The notes below the pieces were generated by a model, which had not been told where the DNA came from, ran no database searches, and worked only from the letters and a program-made list of their open reading frames with translations. Shown here piece after piece: positions 1-12,000 of a DNA stretch of 64,000 nt. Made by a program: the position numbers and the translations under genes. Every line of letters begins with the position of its first letter. Position 1 is the stretch's first letter. This DNA is from an uncultured bacterium (GTDB lineage: Bacteria > Patescibacteriota > Minisyncoccia > UBA6257 > 2-01-FULL-56-20), in assembly GCA_963719425.1 (NCBI GenBank), contig OY970382.1, positions 244,862 to 308,861 on the forward strand, read 5' to 3'.

Positions 1-9
1 GGCGCAATT

Positions 10-729
10 TCATTTTTCAAAGGTATCGGTCGTGTGACGGCGCTTTGCGACCTTTTCATCGGAGTCCAGCCGACCGTCCAAAAGATGGAGGATACGTTCC
101 GCATGTTCTGCCGTATGCGTCTCGTGCGTGATGAGGATAATCGTATGGCCTTGTTCTTCGTTCAGCTGTTGGATCGTTTGCATGACCTGCTGTCCTGATT
201 TTGAATCTAGGTTGCCCGTCGGTTCATCGGCGAAGATCACCTGCGGCGAGAGGATGAGCGCCCGGGCGATCGCGACGCGTTGTCGTTCGCCACCGGAGAG
301 CTGGGACGAGTGGTGGTGGAGGCGGTGGGCGAGCCCCACCGTTTCTACGGCCTTCATTGCCATGTCATCCCACTGCGATTCCGGGATGTCCGAGTAGAGC
401 AGGGGAAGCTTCACGTTGTCCAGCACGGTTGAGCGCGCGAGTAGGTTGAATGCTTGGAACACGAATCCCATCTTATGATTGCGGATGTGGGCGAGTTCGT
501 CCTCGGTATATTCCGACATTTCTTTTCCGTCAAAAAAATAGGTGCCGCTTGTGTAGCGGTCAAGAAACCCGAGGATGTGGAGCAGGGTTGATTTGCCGGA
601 TCCGGAAGGTCCCATAATGGACACGAACTCTCCCGCTTTGATGGAAAGCGAAACATCTTCTACGGCAACGGTTTCCGACCCTTCCTCGCCGTACACTTTT
701 CGGAGTGACTTGGCTTCAATGAGTGCCAT
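10..729 (-). CDS. ABC transporter ATP-binding protein (MacB/LolD-like)
   Basis: Walker [10 protein letters not shown], signature [15 protein letters not shown], Walker [13 protein letters not shown]-loop ITHE; directly downstream of the adaptor gene. Confidence 0.95.
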   Translation of the reverse strand: MALIEAKSLRKVYGEEGSETVAVEDVSLSIKAGEFVSIMGPSGSGKSTLLHILGFLDRYTSGTYFFDGKEMSEYTEDELAHIRNHKMGFVFQAFNLLARSTVLDNVKLPLLYSDIPESQWDDMAMKAVETVGLAHRLHHHSSQLSGGERQRVAIARALILSPQVIFADEPTGNLDSKSGQQVMQTIQQLNEEQGHTIILITHETHTAEHAERILHLLDGRLDSDEKVAKRRHTTDTFEK

Positions 730-746
730 GGGCCATACGGGGGCGC

Positions 747-2315
747 TTATGATGACGTGGGCGACCGGAGCACGACCTCTCCTTCGTTCAATCCCGAAGT
801 AATTTCAATGTTGCCTTGCGTGTCGCGGACGCCGACCGTCACGGCGCGCGTTTCAAGCGGCTGGTTCACGCCGTGATAGACTTGGACCGTGCGGCTGCCG
901 TCGGCGTTCGTCACGACCGCCCGTTGGGGGACATAGATCACGTTCTCGTGCGTCGCAGTTGTAATATCAATATTCGTGGTCATACCGGGTTTTACGTCCG
1001 AGCCAAAGGCGAACTGGAACGTGGTCTTATACGTCGGTACGCCTTCAATCACGGTTTCGCCGGGATCAATGTACGTTACTTTTCCCGAGAAGGTTTGACC
1101 CTGGAAAGCGTCAAGGGTCATCACGGCTGCGTCGCCCACGGTCACTTTGCCGATATCGGCTTCGGGGATATCCGCGTCCACTTCAAGGCCTTGGTCGGAA
1201 AGAAGAGAGACGAGGACGACCCCCGGCGTCGCGATTTCGCCGACCTTCGCGTTTTGCGTCGTCACTACGCCAGAAACTGGCGCTATGAGGGACGCCTTCG
1301 CGATTTTCACTTGTATGCCTTGGACGGTCGCTTGCGCTTGTTCCACTTGCGCCTGTTGCGCCTGGATATCCTCCGTGGTCGGGCCGGCAATTGTTTTCTG
1401 AAGTGTGGCCTCCAGTCCCTGGATTGTGATTTTTTGCGAAGCGATGTTCTGCGCGGCACCGTTCACGCCATTCACCGCGTTCGTGGTTTCGGTAAGCGCC
1501 GCGGTGAGCGCGGTCTTGTAGGCATCGAGCGTCGCCGTGGGAAGCCCCGTTTGTTCCACAATGGCGGCGCTTGCCGTCGTGAGAAGATCGTTTACGACCG
1601 AAAGATGCATGGCGCCGCTTTGGAGCGCGGCCTCAAGCGTTGAGGTGGGGGAGGCGGCGTTGATGCCGCCGAGCTCCGCCTGCCACGCATTGAGCTCGGC
1701 ACTTGCTTGAATTCTCTGGAATTGGACACGGTTCATCGTTTGCGAGTCATTGAGGACGAACGTGAGTTGCGGGTTCACGCTTTCGGGGTTGGAGAAAAAG
1801 GGAGCGAGCTGGTTGCGAACGGCATCGTTTGTCTCTGCATACGCGCTCGTAAGCGCGCCGTCCACATTCCCATACATATTGATAAGGTCTTGTTCCGCCC
1901 CGTCCAGATTGGCCTGCGCGGTTTGAATATCCTCCGGCCGTGATCCGATCTGGAGCGATCGAAGATTCGCGGTCTGGGTATCTACGTCTGCTTGTGCTTG
2001 GGCGAGCTGGGCTGCAAGGTCGCTCGTATCCAAACGCGCGATGGCACCGCCCACATTCACGTGATCGCCCACGTCGGCATTGACCGCCGCAATCGTCCCA
2101 CCGATTTCAAAAGCAAGATCCACGCTGTGGACCGGTGCGGTATTGCCCGTCACGCTTACGATTTGGACGATCGTGCCGCGTGCGGCCGTCGCAAGCTGAT
2201 AGTCGGGATTTTTCGGAGCAAACCATAATTTATAAATGCCCCATCCGAGAAGTAGGACTATCACTGCTGCCACGATTTTTTTGGTGGTGCTGAGCCGCAC
2301 AAAGAATGATTTCAT
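747..2315 (-). CDS. Efflux RND/MacA-type periplasmic adaptor subunit (HlyD family)
   Basis: N-terminal TM, lipoyl-like halves (GTIAAVNADVGDHV; LIAPVSGVV), long coiled coil, PGMT motif. Start moved to MKSFF at 2315, just after a TATACT box; the longer ORF overlaps the divergent ABC gene. Confidence 0.9.
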   Translation of the reverse strand: MKSFFVRLSTTKKIVAAVIVLLLGWGIYKLWFAPKNPDYQLATAARGTIVQIVSVTGNTAPVHSVDLAFEIGGTIAAVNADVGDHVNVGGAIARLDTSDLAAQLAQAQADVDTQTANLRSLQIGSRPEDIQTAQANLDGAEQDLINMYGNVDGALTSAYAETNDAVRNQLAPFFSNPESVNPQLTFVLNDSQTMNRVQFQRIQASAELNAWQAELGGINAASPTSTLEAALQSGAMHLSVVNDLLTTASAAIVEQTGLPTATLDAYKTALTAALTETTNAVNGVNGAAQNIASQKITIQGLEATLQKTIAGPTTEDIQAQQAQVEQAQATVQGIQVKIAKASLIAPVSGVVTTQNAKVGEIATPGVVLVSLLSDQGLEVDADIPEADIGKVTVGDAAVMTLDAFQGQTFSGKVTYIDPGETVIEGVPTYKTTFQFAFGSDVKPGMTTNIDITTATHENVIYVPQRAVVTNADGSRTVQVYHGVNQPLETRAVTVGVRDTQGNIEITSGLNEGEVVLRSPTSS

Positions 2316-2421
2316 ATCGCTAGTATACCACATTCCGATTGTCCACACGGTCGCTTGACATGCGCGGCCGATGCCGGCTATAATAGTTAAGTATATTAAC
2401 CATTTAAATATACTAACCATT

Positions 2422-3228
2422 ATGGATAACATTATTGAGGTGAAGAATTTGGTGAAGCAGTTCGGCGGTTTTGTGGCAGTGAACCATATTTCCTTTGATG
2501 TCAAAAAAGGGGAGGTTTTCGCCTTTTTGGGGCCGAATGGGGCAGGGAAGTCCACTACGATCAAGATGCTCACCACGCTCCTGCATCCCACGGGCGGCTC
2601 GATCGTGCTCGACGGTCACAGCCCAACGGAGGACCCCGAAGAAGTGCGGCGCTCGTTCGGCATCGTGTTCCAGGACCCGAGTTTGGACGACGAACTTACG
2701 GCGAAAGAAAACATGGAATTCCATGGGATTCTGTATAATGTTCCTGCGGAATTGCGCAAAGAGCGCGTTGAACAACTTATGAAGTTCGTGGAATTGTGGG
2801 ACCGGCGCGACAGCTTGGTCAAGGAATTTTCCGGCGGCATGAAGCGGCGGTTGGAAATCGCGCGCGGGCTTTTGCACCATCCGAAAGTGATATTTTTGGA
2901 CGAGCCGACGCTCGGCCTTGATCCGCAGACGCGCAACCATATGTGGACCTATCTGCAGGACTTGAACAAGAAGGAAGGCGTCACGGTATTTTTCACGACC
3001 CACTACATGGAAGAGGCGGCGCGCATAGCCCAGCGGATCGCGATCATTGATCACGGGGAGATCGTCGCCATAGGAAGCACGCAAGAACTCATGAAGCAGA
3101 CGGGAACTCCTTCGCTTGAAGACGCATTCCTTAAGCTGACTGGCAACGTGATCCGAGAAGAGGAGTCCAACGCGGTTGACCGGTTGCGTTCGCGTGCGCG
3201 CGCATGGGGCAACCGGGGAAGAAGGTAA
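2422..3228 (+). CDS. ABC-2 (DrrA-like) transporter ATP-binding protein
   Basis: GPNGAGKST, FSGGMKRRLEIAR, FLDEPTLGLDP, TTHYMEEA; start MDNII follows a TATACT box. Confidence 0.95.
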   Translation: MDNIIEVKNLVKQFGGFVAVNHISFDVKKGEVFAFLGPNGAGKSTTIKMLTTLLHPTGGSIVLDGHSPTEDPEEVRRSFGIVFQDPSLDDELTAKENMEFHGILYNVPAELRKERVEQLMKFVELWDRRDSLVKEFSGGMKRRLEIARGLLHHPKVIFLDEPTLGLDPQTRNHMWTYLQDLNKKEGVTVFFTTHYMEEAARIAQRIAIIDHGEIVAIGSTQELMKQTGTPSLEDAFLKLTGNVIREEESNAVDRLRSRARAWGNRGRR

Positions 3229-3246
3229 CAATATAATTCATTCACC

Positions 3247-3993
3247 ATGAAAACCATCTATATAATGTGGCTCCGTGAGTTGAAGCGGTATTTCCGTTCA
3301 AGGTCGCGGATGATCGGTTCGCTTGGCCAGCCGCTTCTCTTTCTGCTTGCGCTCGGTTACGGCCTGGGATCCGTTTTCCAGGCCGCAGGCCAAGGGAATT
3401 ATTTTCAGTTTTTGGTGCCGGGCATTGTCGGCATGAGCATTATTTTTACCGCGATTTTTTCCGGTATCCAGCTCATTTGGGATCGGCAGTTCGGATTTTT
3501 GAAGGAGACGCTTGTCGCGCCGGTATCGCGGCTCAACATCATGATCGGCCGCACGCTCGGCGGCGCGACCGTCGCGACATTCCAGGGAATCATCGTTTTC
3601 TTGATCTCCATGGTGTTCGGTTTCCGTCCGGATAATTGGTGGCTTCTGCCCGTCGCAGTCATCTTTATGCTTCTCGTCGCGCTGCTCTTTACCGCGCTCG
3701 GCACCGGCATCGCTTCGCTCCTTGAAGACATGCAGGGCTTCCAACTCATCATGAACTTCCTTGTCATGCCTTTGTTCTTCCTGTCTGGGGCGCTTTTTCC
3801 GCTCACCGGCTTGCCCGCTATCCTTACTGGCCTCACGACGGTTGACCCGCTCTCGTATGGCATTGATTCCTTCCGCGCGCTCCTTGTGAATACCACGCAT
3901 TTCGGCCTCGGCATTGACTTCGTCGTGCTTGCCGTCATCACCGCCGTGTTCTTGGGTGTCGGGAGCTATCTCTTTTCAAAGATCGAGGTATAA
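3247..3993 (+). CDS. ABC-2 type permease (DrrB-like)
   Basis: About 6 TM helices; DRQFGFLKETLVAPVSR and FLSGALFP motifs; adjacent to the ATPase. Confidence 0.93.
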   Translation: MKTIYIMWLRELKRYFRSRSRMIGSLGQPLLFLLALGYGLGSVFQAAGQGNYFQFLVPGIVGMSIIFTAIFSGIQLIWDRQFGFLKETLVAPVSRLNIMIGRTLGGATVATFQGIIVFLISMVFGFRPDNWWLLPVAVIFMLLVALLFTALGTGIASLLEDMQGFQLIMNFLVMPLFFLSGALFPLTGLPAILTGLTTVDPLSYGIDSFRALLVNTTHFGLGIDFVVLAVITAVFLGVGSYLFSKIEV

Positions 3994-4012
3994 AGGATAT
4001 AATTGAGAGGTC

Positions 4013-4726
4013 ATGAAAGTGGAGTGGAACAAGGTGACGTGGTATTCCAAGGTCATTGCACTCATTCTTTTTGTGGCGTTGCCCTTCATCGGATTCTATT
4101 ACGGTGTTGGATATGGAATAGCTCTCCAGGAATCACGCGATATCTTGGCGCTCGCACAACAGAATGTCACTACGAGCGTGAGCTACTACGAAAACGTCGC
4201 TGCGTGGCAGGTCAGCGATAGGAGCGATGCGGGATTTTCTATCGCATATCCAATTGATTTTGATACAAACGATATTTATTCAATAGCGACGTCCACCGAT
4301 TGGCAGTTTGGCGCGGACGAGTCGCAGCCGGACGCTCTTGCCTTCACCCTTATGATACCGCGGGTTTTTGAACCGCAAACGAACTTTGCCGATGCGAAAC
4401 TCACCGTTGGCTATAGCGCAAACGGCGCTGCCGTTGCGCAGTGCCTTGCGACGGGTCCGGCATCCGGCCCTTCGAGTGCGACTTCCAGCGTTACGATGGA
4501 TGGCGTCCAGTTCACCGTGTTTCATTTCGCGGACGCCGGCGCGGGCAATTATTACGAGACGACAAGTTACCGGACGATTCGGGCGGGAAAATGCTGGGCG
4601 GTGGAATATACCATTCATTCGTCACAGATTGCGAACTATCCGGAATCCTACGGATTGCATCCGTTTGATCACGCAATGGTAACGGCCGTGCTCAACCGGA
4701 TCGTGAACACGTTCCGTTTTGAGTGA
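4013..4726 (+). CDS. Membrane-anchored exported hypothetical protein
   Basis: N-terminal TM (WNKVTWYSK..ALILFVALPFIGFY) then a soluble domain with a Cys pair. Confidence 0.8.
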   Translation: MKVEWNKVTWYSKVIALILFVALPFIGFYYGVGYGIALQESRDILALAQQNVTTSVSYYENVAAWQVSDRSDAGFSIAYPIDFDTNDIYSIATSTDWQFGADESQPDALAFTLMIPRVFEPQTNFADAKLTVGYSANGAAVAQCLATGPASGPSSATSSVTMDGVQFTVFHFADAGAGNYYETTSYRTIRAGKCWAVEYTIHSSQIANYPESYGLHPFDHAMVTAVLNRIVNTFRFE

Positions 4727-4733
4727 TCATATC

Positions 4734-5399
4734 ATGCGAAGGACCAGTGCCATTGTCCTCGTCACCGTCATGTTCCTCGTCATTATTGTCGGCATGGGCC
4801 GGTTTTTTACGTATTCAAATCTGGCAGCGCCGGGGAGCCAGCCCTCGGGAAACCAATTACAGGAAACCCAGATCAACACCTATGTGCCGATAATGCCGGC
4901 GAGTTCTACGCCGGTGGTTGTGGGCTCCTGCTTTACGAACTCAATCGCGGCGCCCTACCGCTCGGACGCGTGGCGCTGTTCCGTCGGGAATGCTATAAGC
5001 GATCCTTGTTTTGAGATTCCCAATAGCAAAAATCTTTTCTGCGGCGCTGATCCCGCGGCACCGGCGGCGACTTCTTCCTTTGTGCTCAAGCTTACGAAAT
5101 CCCTCCCCGCATCCGAAGTGCCCTCAAGTACTGTTCCCTCAAACTGGGCGTGGCTTGTGGTGCTTTCGGACGGGACATTGTGTACGCCGTTCACCGGCAC
5201 GCGTCCGTTTGCCGCGGGCGGTGAAGTCGCCTTGTATGCCTGCAACGGCGGAGTGGGCGAGGAGATGATATTCGGCGATCTTCACAATGCTGGGGCAGTA
5301 TGGACGGCAATGGTTGGTTCGCTTTCGCGGTCAACTTCAACGTTCCCGCCTGTTATTGAGTCGTCGTCTACGGTTTCCGTGTCAGCCGTCTGGCAGTAG
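4734..5399 (+). CDS. Membrane-anchored exported Cys-rich hypothetical protein
   Basis: N-terminal TM; RSDAWRC..ISDPCF motif and several Cys; start at 4719 or 4734. Confidence 0.75.
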   Translation: MRRTSAIVLVTVMFLVIIVGMGRFFTYSNLAAPGSQPSGNQLQETQINTYVPIMPASSTPVVVGSCFTNSIAAPYRSDAWRCSVGNAISDPCFEIPNSKNLFCGADPAAPAATSSFVLKLTKSLPASEVPSSTVPSNWAWLVVLSDGTLCTPFTGTRPFAAGGEVALYACNGGVGEEMIFGDLHNAGAVWTAMVGSLSRSTSTFPPVIESSSTVSVSAVWQ

Positions 5400-5412
5400 T
5401 GGCAGCACCTCA

Positions 5413-5982
5413 CTAGTCGTTTTTCCCGTGCGTTGCAAGGAGCGCCGTGAATTCCTTTTCCAACTTTTGCACCTTTGGTTCAATGATAATTTGGCAGTAG
5501 GGCTGCGCGGGATTGTTTTTGAAATAATTCCGGTGATAATCCTCGGCTTCGTAAAATTTTTCCAAAGGCTTCACTTCGGTAACCACCGGCTTTCCGTGCG
5601 GATCGGAATCGTTTAATTTTTTGATAAACGTTTCTGCGGCGCGCTTTTGCGCGTCGTTTGCGTAGAGGATGATGGAACGATATTGCGGACCCACGTCATT
5701 GCCCTGGCGATTGATTGTCGTGGGGTCATGCGTGGCAAAGAAGACCGTTAAAAGATCATTAAAGGACACTTGACTCGGGTCAAATTTAATCCTCGCGACC
5801 TCGGCATGGCCCGTTTTGCCCGTGCAGACGGCCTCCCAAGAGGGGTTCGCGAGCGTTCCGCCGGCATAGCCCGGAACCACAGAAATAACACCTTTTAGGG
5901 ACTGGAAGACCGCCTCGGTGCACCAGAAGCATCCGCCGCCAAAGACCCCAATTTCGTGTTGATTTGAATGTTGGTTTTGCAT
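5413..5982 (-). CDS. msrA: Peptide-methionine (S)-S-oxide reductase
   Basis: GGGCFWC active site, [31 protein letters not shown]. Confidence 0.97.
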   Translation of the reverse strand: MQNQHSNQHEIGVFGGGCFWCTEAVFQSLKGVISVVPGYAGGTLANPSWEAVCTGKTGHAEVARIKFDPSQVSFNDLLTVFFATHDPTTINRQGNDVGPQYRSIILYANDAQKRAAETFIKKLNDSDPHGKPVVTEVKPLEKFYEAEDYHRNYFKNNPAQPYCQIIIEPKVQKLEKEFTALLATHGKND

Positions 5983-5996
5983 GGATTTTTATTCTA

Positions 5997-6028
5997 ACAC
6001 AAATCCCCGCTGGGGCGGGGATTTGTGT
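5997..6028 (-). terminator. Intrinsic terminator of the giant surface-protein gene
   Basis: Perfect inverted repeat acacaaatccccgc-tggg-gcggggatttgtgt ~30 nt after the stop codon. Confidence 0.8.
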
Positions 6029-6055
6029 CGCGTTTCGCACGTCCGCGCGGGCGTT

Positions 6056-9000
6056 CTACTGCGAGCAGAGCTGATTCAGGACTGATCGGGTCGCGGAACC
6101 TACGTAACCGTTGCCGGAAGTGAGGCCGTTCGGTGCAAGGATCTCATCGGCAAAGATGTTCTGGAAGATGATGACCGCATTCTTCGTGGCGTCGCCGAAG
6201 TAGGTGCTTTCATTGCCCGGCGAGCCCACGCCGCTCTGCGCCACTTGCGTGAGGTCGCTCATGTTCAGGACCGTTTGGAGCATTTTTACGTCGGCGTTGT
6301 TCATCCCTTGAGACAGGTTTTGGTTGAACTGGGCCGAACAAGAAGCGTCTTTCAGCTGCTGGGTGACCAGTTTTTTCTCAAGCGCGATAAGCTGTTGCAT
6401 CAAGCTTTGGAGAAGCTGGAGGAGTACTCCGGGATTCGTCGTTGAAGCGCCCAAGACCTGGCCGCCGCCCGTCGTGATCGTCGGTGGGTAATAGCCAGTA
6501 CCACCGCCCCCACCGCCTCCGCCGCCGGAAGTCACTACTATTCCACCTCCGTTGCCGGTATTACCTCCGGGCTGCGTTGCGCTGCCCGTAGTTGTTACTG
6601 TTATTTCGTTACCTACACTCTCCGGTGAGCCGTGCGAGACAGAGCGAAGATAGTAGGTGGTACCCGGCGTGAGGCCGGAAACCGTCACGCTGTGGTCGGT
6701 CGTCGTTGCTGCGTTCTCGTCCGTAGAGTTCGCGTAACCGTAGTTCGGCTCACCAGCTGCGGTGCTGGAAGCATCAGAAACCGATGCAGTGCCATATACC
6801 ACGCGGCTCGTCGCCGGATGATCGGTGGTCCAGGTGATCGTAACAGAGGTATCCGTCGGGTTGGTGGAGGTTTGTTCGGAAATGATCGGCGCTGGCAGAG
6901 CGAAGGTTTCTGTAAAGGCGCAAGGAATTGAATTGCCCGCAGGGGCCGTCTTGCCCTGACAGTCTCCATTGTTGCCCACCGTATAGTTGGTGAGCGATGA
7001 AATATTCGCGCCGTACGTCATTTTCTCATCCACCGTTACGAGTGTTCCTGAAGCGTTGCCTGGGAAGGTGGATGTGCTCGGGTGGCCTCCAATGATTGTC
7101 ACCGTAAAGTCGGAAGGCGTCGCCGAGCCACCTGCTGAGTTGTCAACTGTCACTGTAACGTTCAGGGTGCTTGTCGGCGTCGGCGGTGGGGGAGGCAGCT
7201 CGCTTATGATAAGCGTGTAGTGCTGCGCTGTTGAGAGCGAGCCATCCGAGACGCTTGTCGCTGTGATATCAAGCGGGAAGGTGCCTGTAGCCGTTGGGGT
7301 TCCGGAGAGAAGGCCGTCCGCAAAGTTCAAGCCAGGGATCGTGCCGCTCGCGTTCCAATTGAAGGTGTCAGAGGCGTTCCCGCTGTTCGTTGCCGTGAAG
7401 GTCTGCGAGTAGCTCGTGTCCGTCTCGGTGCCGGGAAGCGCGCCAGCCGCGGGGCTTATCGTAATGGTAGAGATGGAGGCCGGCGCTTCAACCACTTTGA
7501 TGCTGTAATCGCCGCTTGCGCTCTGCGAATTGTCCGAGTCGCTGGTCGCGTTCACGGAGAAGTTGAAGGTGCCGGTTGCGGTCGGCGTCCCCGAGATGCT
7601 CAGTGAGAAGCCGTCCGAAGAGGTGCTTACGTCCATGCCCGTCGGGATCGCGCCTGCGGTGATTGCGAAGATAAAGGTGTCAGTAGCATTCGCGGAGTTC
7701 GTTGCGTGGATCGTGGCCGGTGCCGGGTAGAGCACGTTCACTGTCGCGTCGTTGAATCCGCCGCTCGGAGGAGTAAGTGTCACCGTGGAGCTTGGCGTTG
7801 ACGTTGGAGCCGCAGCTTCCACCGTCAAGGTGTAGTTCTTGCTCGCCACGTTGCTTTGCACGTTACTGCCATTCACCGAGACGTTGATCGTCGAACTGCC
7901 AACATCACTCGCGTGCGGAGTGCCGCTCACCGTTGTGGTGTCACCGGCGGGCGTCGAGGTCGCCCATGCGGGCAGGCCCGCGATTTGCCAGGTCAAAGTG
8001 TCCGCCGGGTCGGTTGAAGTCGCAACGATGGTCGCGCTGTACGGGGTCTCCGCAGTCGCCGTGTCAGGCGTGAGGCCCGAGACGATCGTGATCGTTGGCG
8101 CGTTGCTTACCGCGAAGTCAAAGTGCTGGGTCGCTGTGCTCGCGCCGTTCGTGTTGTTTGTCGCGGTTACGTCAATCGGGAAGGTTCCGGTTGCGGCCGG
8201 GGTGCCAGTGAGGTTGCCATCGGTGAAGGTCAAGCCAGGGATTGTTCCGCTCGCGTTCCAGTTGAAGGTATCAGAAGCGTCCGCGTCAGAAGCCGTGAAG
8301 TTTCCGCTATAGGAAACGCCTATCGTCGCGTTGAGCGAGGGCGGTGTGATGGTTACTGCCGGCGCCGCAAGAACCGAGATCGAGAAATCCTGGGCCGTCG
8401 GGGCGCTCGCCGGGTTCGCGCCCGTTGCAGTCATATTCACCGTTGAGGAGCCGAGATCGGCTGATTCAGGCGTACCAGAGATGGTCGCTGTGTCGCCATT
8501 CACCGCAAACGATGTAATCCATGCAGGCAGCGGCGTTGAGGTGCTGAGAGTCAGGGTATCTGCTGGATTGGTTGAAGTGGCCGTAATCGTCGCCGTGTAG
8601 GGGATGCCAACTGTCGCATCCGGAAGCGGCGAGGTCGTTATGAAGGAAATGGCTGGAGCATTGCCAACCGTGATTGTGTCGGTCAAGGAGCCCGCGCTTG
8701 CGACATTTAAGGTACTCGTCGCATTCACGTTGAGAACAATTGAATCAGTCGTGGTCGGGGTGCCAGCGATGGTGAGCGTCGTTGGGGTTGAAGTGCTCGT
8801 GAAGCCGTCAGGCAAACCAGCCACACCGAAGGTAAAGGTGTCAGTCGCATTGCTGTCGCTTGCCGTGAAGGTTTGGCTGAAGGACACGCCTACTTCAGCT
8901 ACGTCAGGCGATGAGGTCGCGATCGTGATCGCCGGGGCGTCGCTTACCGTGAGGGGATAGGTTTGCGTTACGGTGGTTGAAGCGTTCGTTTCGTTCGTCG

Positions 9001-12000
9001 CGGTCACCGAGACCGTTGTTGAGGTCGGGGTCGTGGGCGTTCCGGAGATCGTGAGCGTGTTGCCCGTCGGGATGCTCGTTATGCCATCCGGCAAATCGCT
9101 CACTGTCCAGTTGAAGACACCAGTGTCAGTTGAAGAGACTGTGAGGATCGCGCCCGCGTAGGGGACACCCACCGTCGCCGTGTCGGGCACCTCGCCCGTG
9201 ATCGCTACATCCGCGGAGTTCACGGTGATTATATTCGGAGCGTTATTCACAGTGAAGGTCTGTGGAACGTTGGGAGCTGCCTCATGGTTCAAGTCGCTGG
9301 CCTGTTCTGCCGTGATCATGCAGCTGCCTGGGCCCATGAGGTGGACCGTGTTCGCAGAGATTGTACAGACGTCGGACGAGGTTGCGGTGAAGGTTACCGC
9401 GAGGCCCGAGGTTGATGTTGCGCTGATTGAGAAATCGGGATCGCCGATCGTCACATCAGCGAGGGGAGCGAACGCGATCGTCTGGCTCGCCTGTGCGATG
9501 ACGAGCGTGCCGGTAGCCGTACCCGCATAGTTCGGGTCAGTGATCGTGGCAGCTACTGCGTATGTTCCCGCGTCTACAGGAGTGGTCGTCGCATTATCGT
9601 ACGTCACAATATTTGCAAGGTTGTCCGGATTTGTCGTGACGCCAACCGTCTTCGGATTGCCATCATAAACCTGATTGAGATCTGCACTGTTCAGAGCAAT
9701 CGTAATAGACGATGGAGCGATCGCGTCAGCCACCGTGCCGGTCGCGTTGTTGTAGTTGCCGGTCGCGTCCGTGAAGGTCCAGGGATCGGTGGGGTAGCCC
9801 GCCGCGTCCGTGTGCGTCGTGCCCGTGAGATCAAGGCCGCTCAGGGCTTCGTCCAATACCCCTTTCGCGGTCCCGGTCGCGGTGTGGGCCGCGCCGTCAA
9901 ACGGCACTGCGTAGGGCGTGACTATGATGGTCGGGTTGGCTTTGGTGATCGCGATCGCTACCGTGCCGCTCGCATCGTTGTAGTTGGTACCGCCCGTGAA
10001 GGTCCAGGAGGCGGTGCCGCCAGGAACGTTCGTGAAGGAAGCACCGAGATCAAGCGAGGCCGCGAGGTCCGCACCGCCGATACCGGTCGCCGTCCCGGTC
10101 GCGCTGTGCGCCGCGCCATCGTAGACGCCGGTGTAGCCGGTGACATTGATGGTCGCATCCACCTTGCCGATCGCGTCAGCCACCGTGCCGGTCGCGTTGT
10201 TGTAGTTGCCGGTCGCGTCCGTGAAGGTCCAGGGATCAGTGGGGTAGCCCGCCGCGTCCGTGTGCGTCGTGCCCGTGAGATCAAGGCCGCTCAGGGCTTC
10301 GTCCAATACCCCTTTCGCGGTCCCGGTCGCGGTGTGGGCCGCGCCGTCAAACGGCACTGCGTAGGGCGTGACTATGATGGTCGGGTTGGCTTTGGTGATC
10401 GCGATCGCTACCGTGCCGCTCGCATCGTTGTAGTTGGTACCGCCCGTGAAGGTCCAGGAGGCGGTGCCGCCAGGAACGTTCGTGAAGGAAGCACCGAGAT
10501 CAAGCGAGGCCGCGAGGTCCGCACCGCCGATACCGGTCGCCGTCCCGGTCGCGCTGTGCGCCGCGCCATCGTAGACGCCGGTGTAGCCGGTGACATTGAT
10601 GGTCGCATCCACCTTGCCGATCGCGTCAGCCACCGTGCCGGTCGCGTTGTTGTAGTTGCCGGTCGCGTCCGTGAAGGTCCAGGGATCAGTGGGGTAGCCC
10701 GCCGCGTCCGTGTGCGTCGTGCCCGTGAGATCAAGGCCGCTCAGGGCTTCGTCCAATACCCCTTTCGCGGTCCCGGTCGCGGTGTGGGCCGCGCCGTCAA
10801 ACGGCACTGCGTAGGGCGTGACTATGATGGTCGGGTTGGCTTTGGTGATCGCGATCGCTACCGTGCCGCTCGCATCGTTGTAGTTGGTACCGCCCGTGAA
10901 GGTCCAGGAGGCGGTGCCGCCAGGAACGTTCGTGAAGGAAGCACCGAGATCAAGCGAGGCCGCGAGGTCCGCACCGCCGATACCGGTCGCCGTCCCGGTC
11001 GCGCTGTGCGCCGCGCCATCGTAGACGCCGGTGTAGCCGGTGACATTGATGGTCGCATCCACCTTGCCGATCGCGTCAGCCACCGTGCCGGTCGCGTTGT
11101 TGTAGTTGCCGGTCGCGTCCGTGAAGGTCCAGGGATCAGTGGGGTAGCCCGCCGCGTCCGTGTGCGTCGTGCCCGTGAGATCAAGGCCGCTCAGGGCTTC
11201 GTCCAATACCCCTTTCGCGGTCCCGGTCGCGGTGTGGGCCGCGCCGTCAAACGGCACTGCGTAGGGCGTGACTATGATGGTCGGGTTGGCTTTGGTGATC
11301 GCGATCGCTACCGTGCCGCTCGCATCGTTGTAGTTGGTACCGCCCGTGAAGGTCCAGGAGGCGGTGCCGCCAGGAACGTTCGTGAAGGAAGCACCGAGAT
11401 CAAGCGAGGCCGCGAGGTCCGCACCGCCGATACCGGTCGCCGTCCCGGTCGCGCTGTGCGCCGCGCCATCGTAGACGCCGGTGTAGCCGGTGACATTGAT
11501 GGTCGCATCCACCTTGCCGATCGCGTCAGCCACCGTGCCGGTCGCGTTGTTGTAGTTGCCGGTCGCGTCCGTGAAGGTCCAGGGATCAGTGGGGTAGCCC
11601 GCCGCGTCCGTGTGCGTCGTGCCCGTGAGATCAAGGCCGCTCAGGGCTTCGTCCAATACCCCTTTCGCGGTCCCGGTCGCGGTGTGGGCCGCGCCGTCAA
11701 ACGGCACTGCGTAGGGCGTGACTATGATGGTCGGGTTGGCTTTGGTGATCGCGATCGCTACCGTGCCGCTCGCATCGTTGTAGTTGGTACCGCCCGTGAA
11801 GGTCCAGGAGGCGGTGCCGCCAGGAACGTTCGTGAAGGAAGCACCGAGATCAAGCGAGGCCGCGAGGTCCGCACCGCCGATACCGGTCGCCGTCCCGGTC
11901 GCGCTGTGCGCCGCGCCATCGTAGACGCCGGTGTAGCCGGTGACATTGATGGTCGCATCCACCTTGCCGATCGCGTCAGCCACCGTGCCGGTCGCGTTGT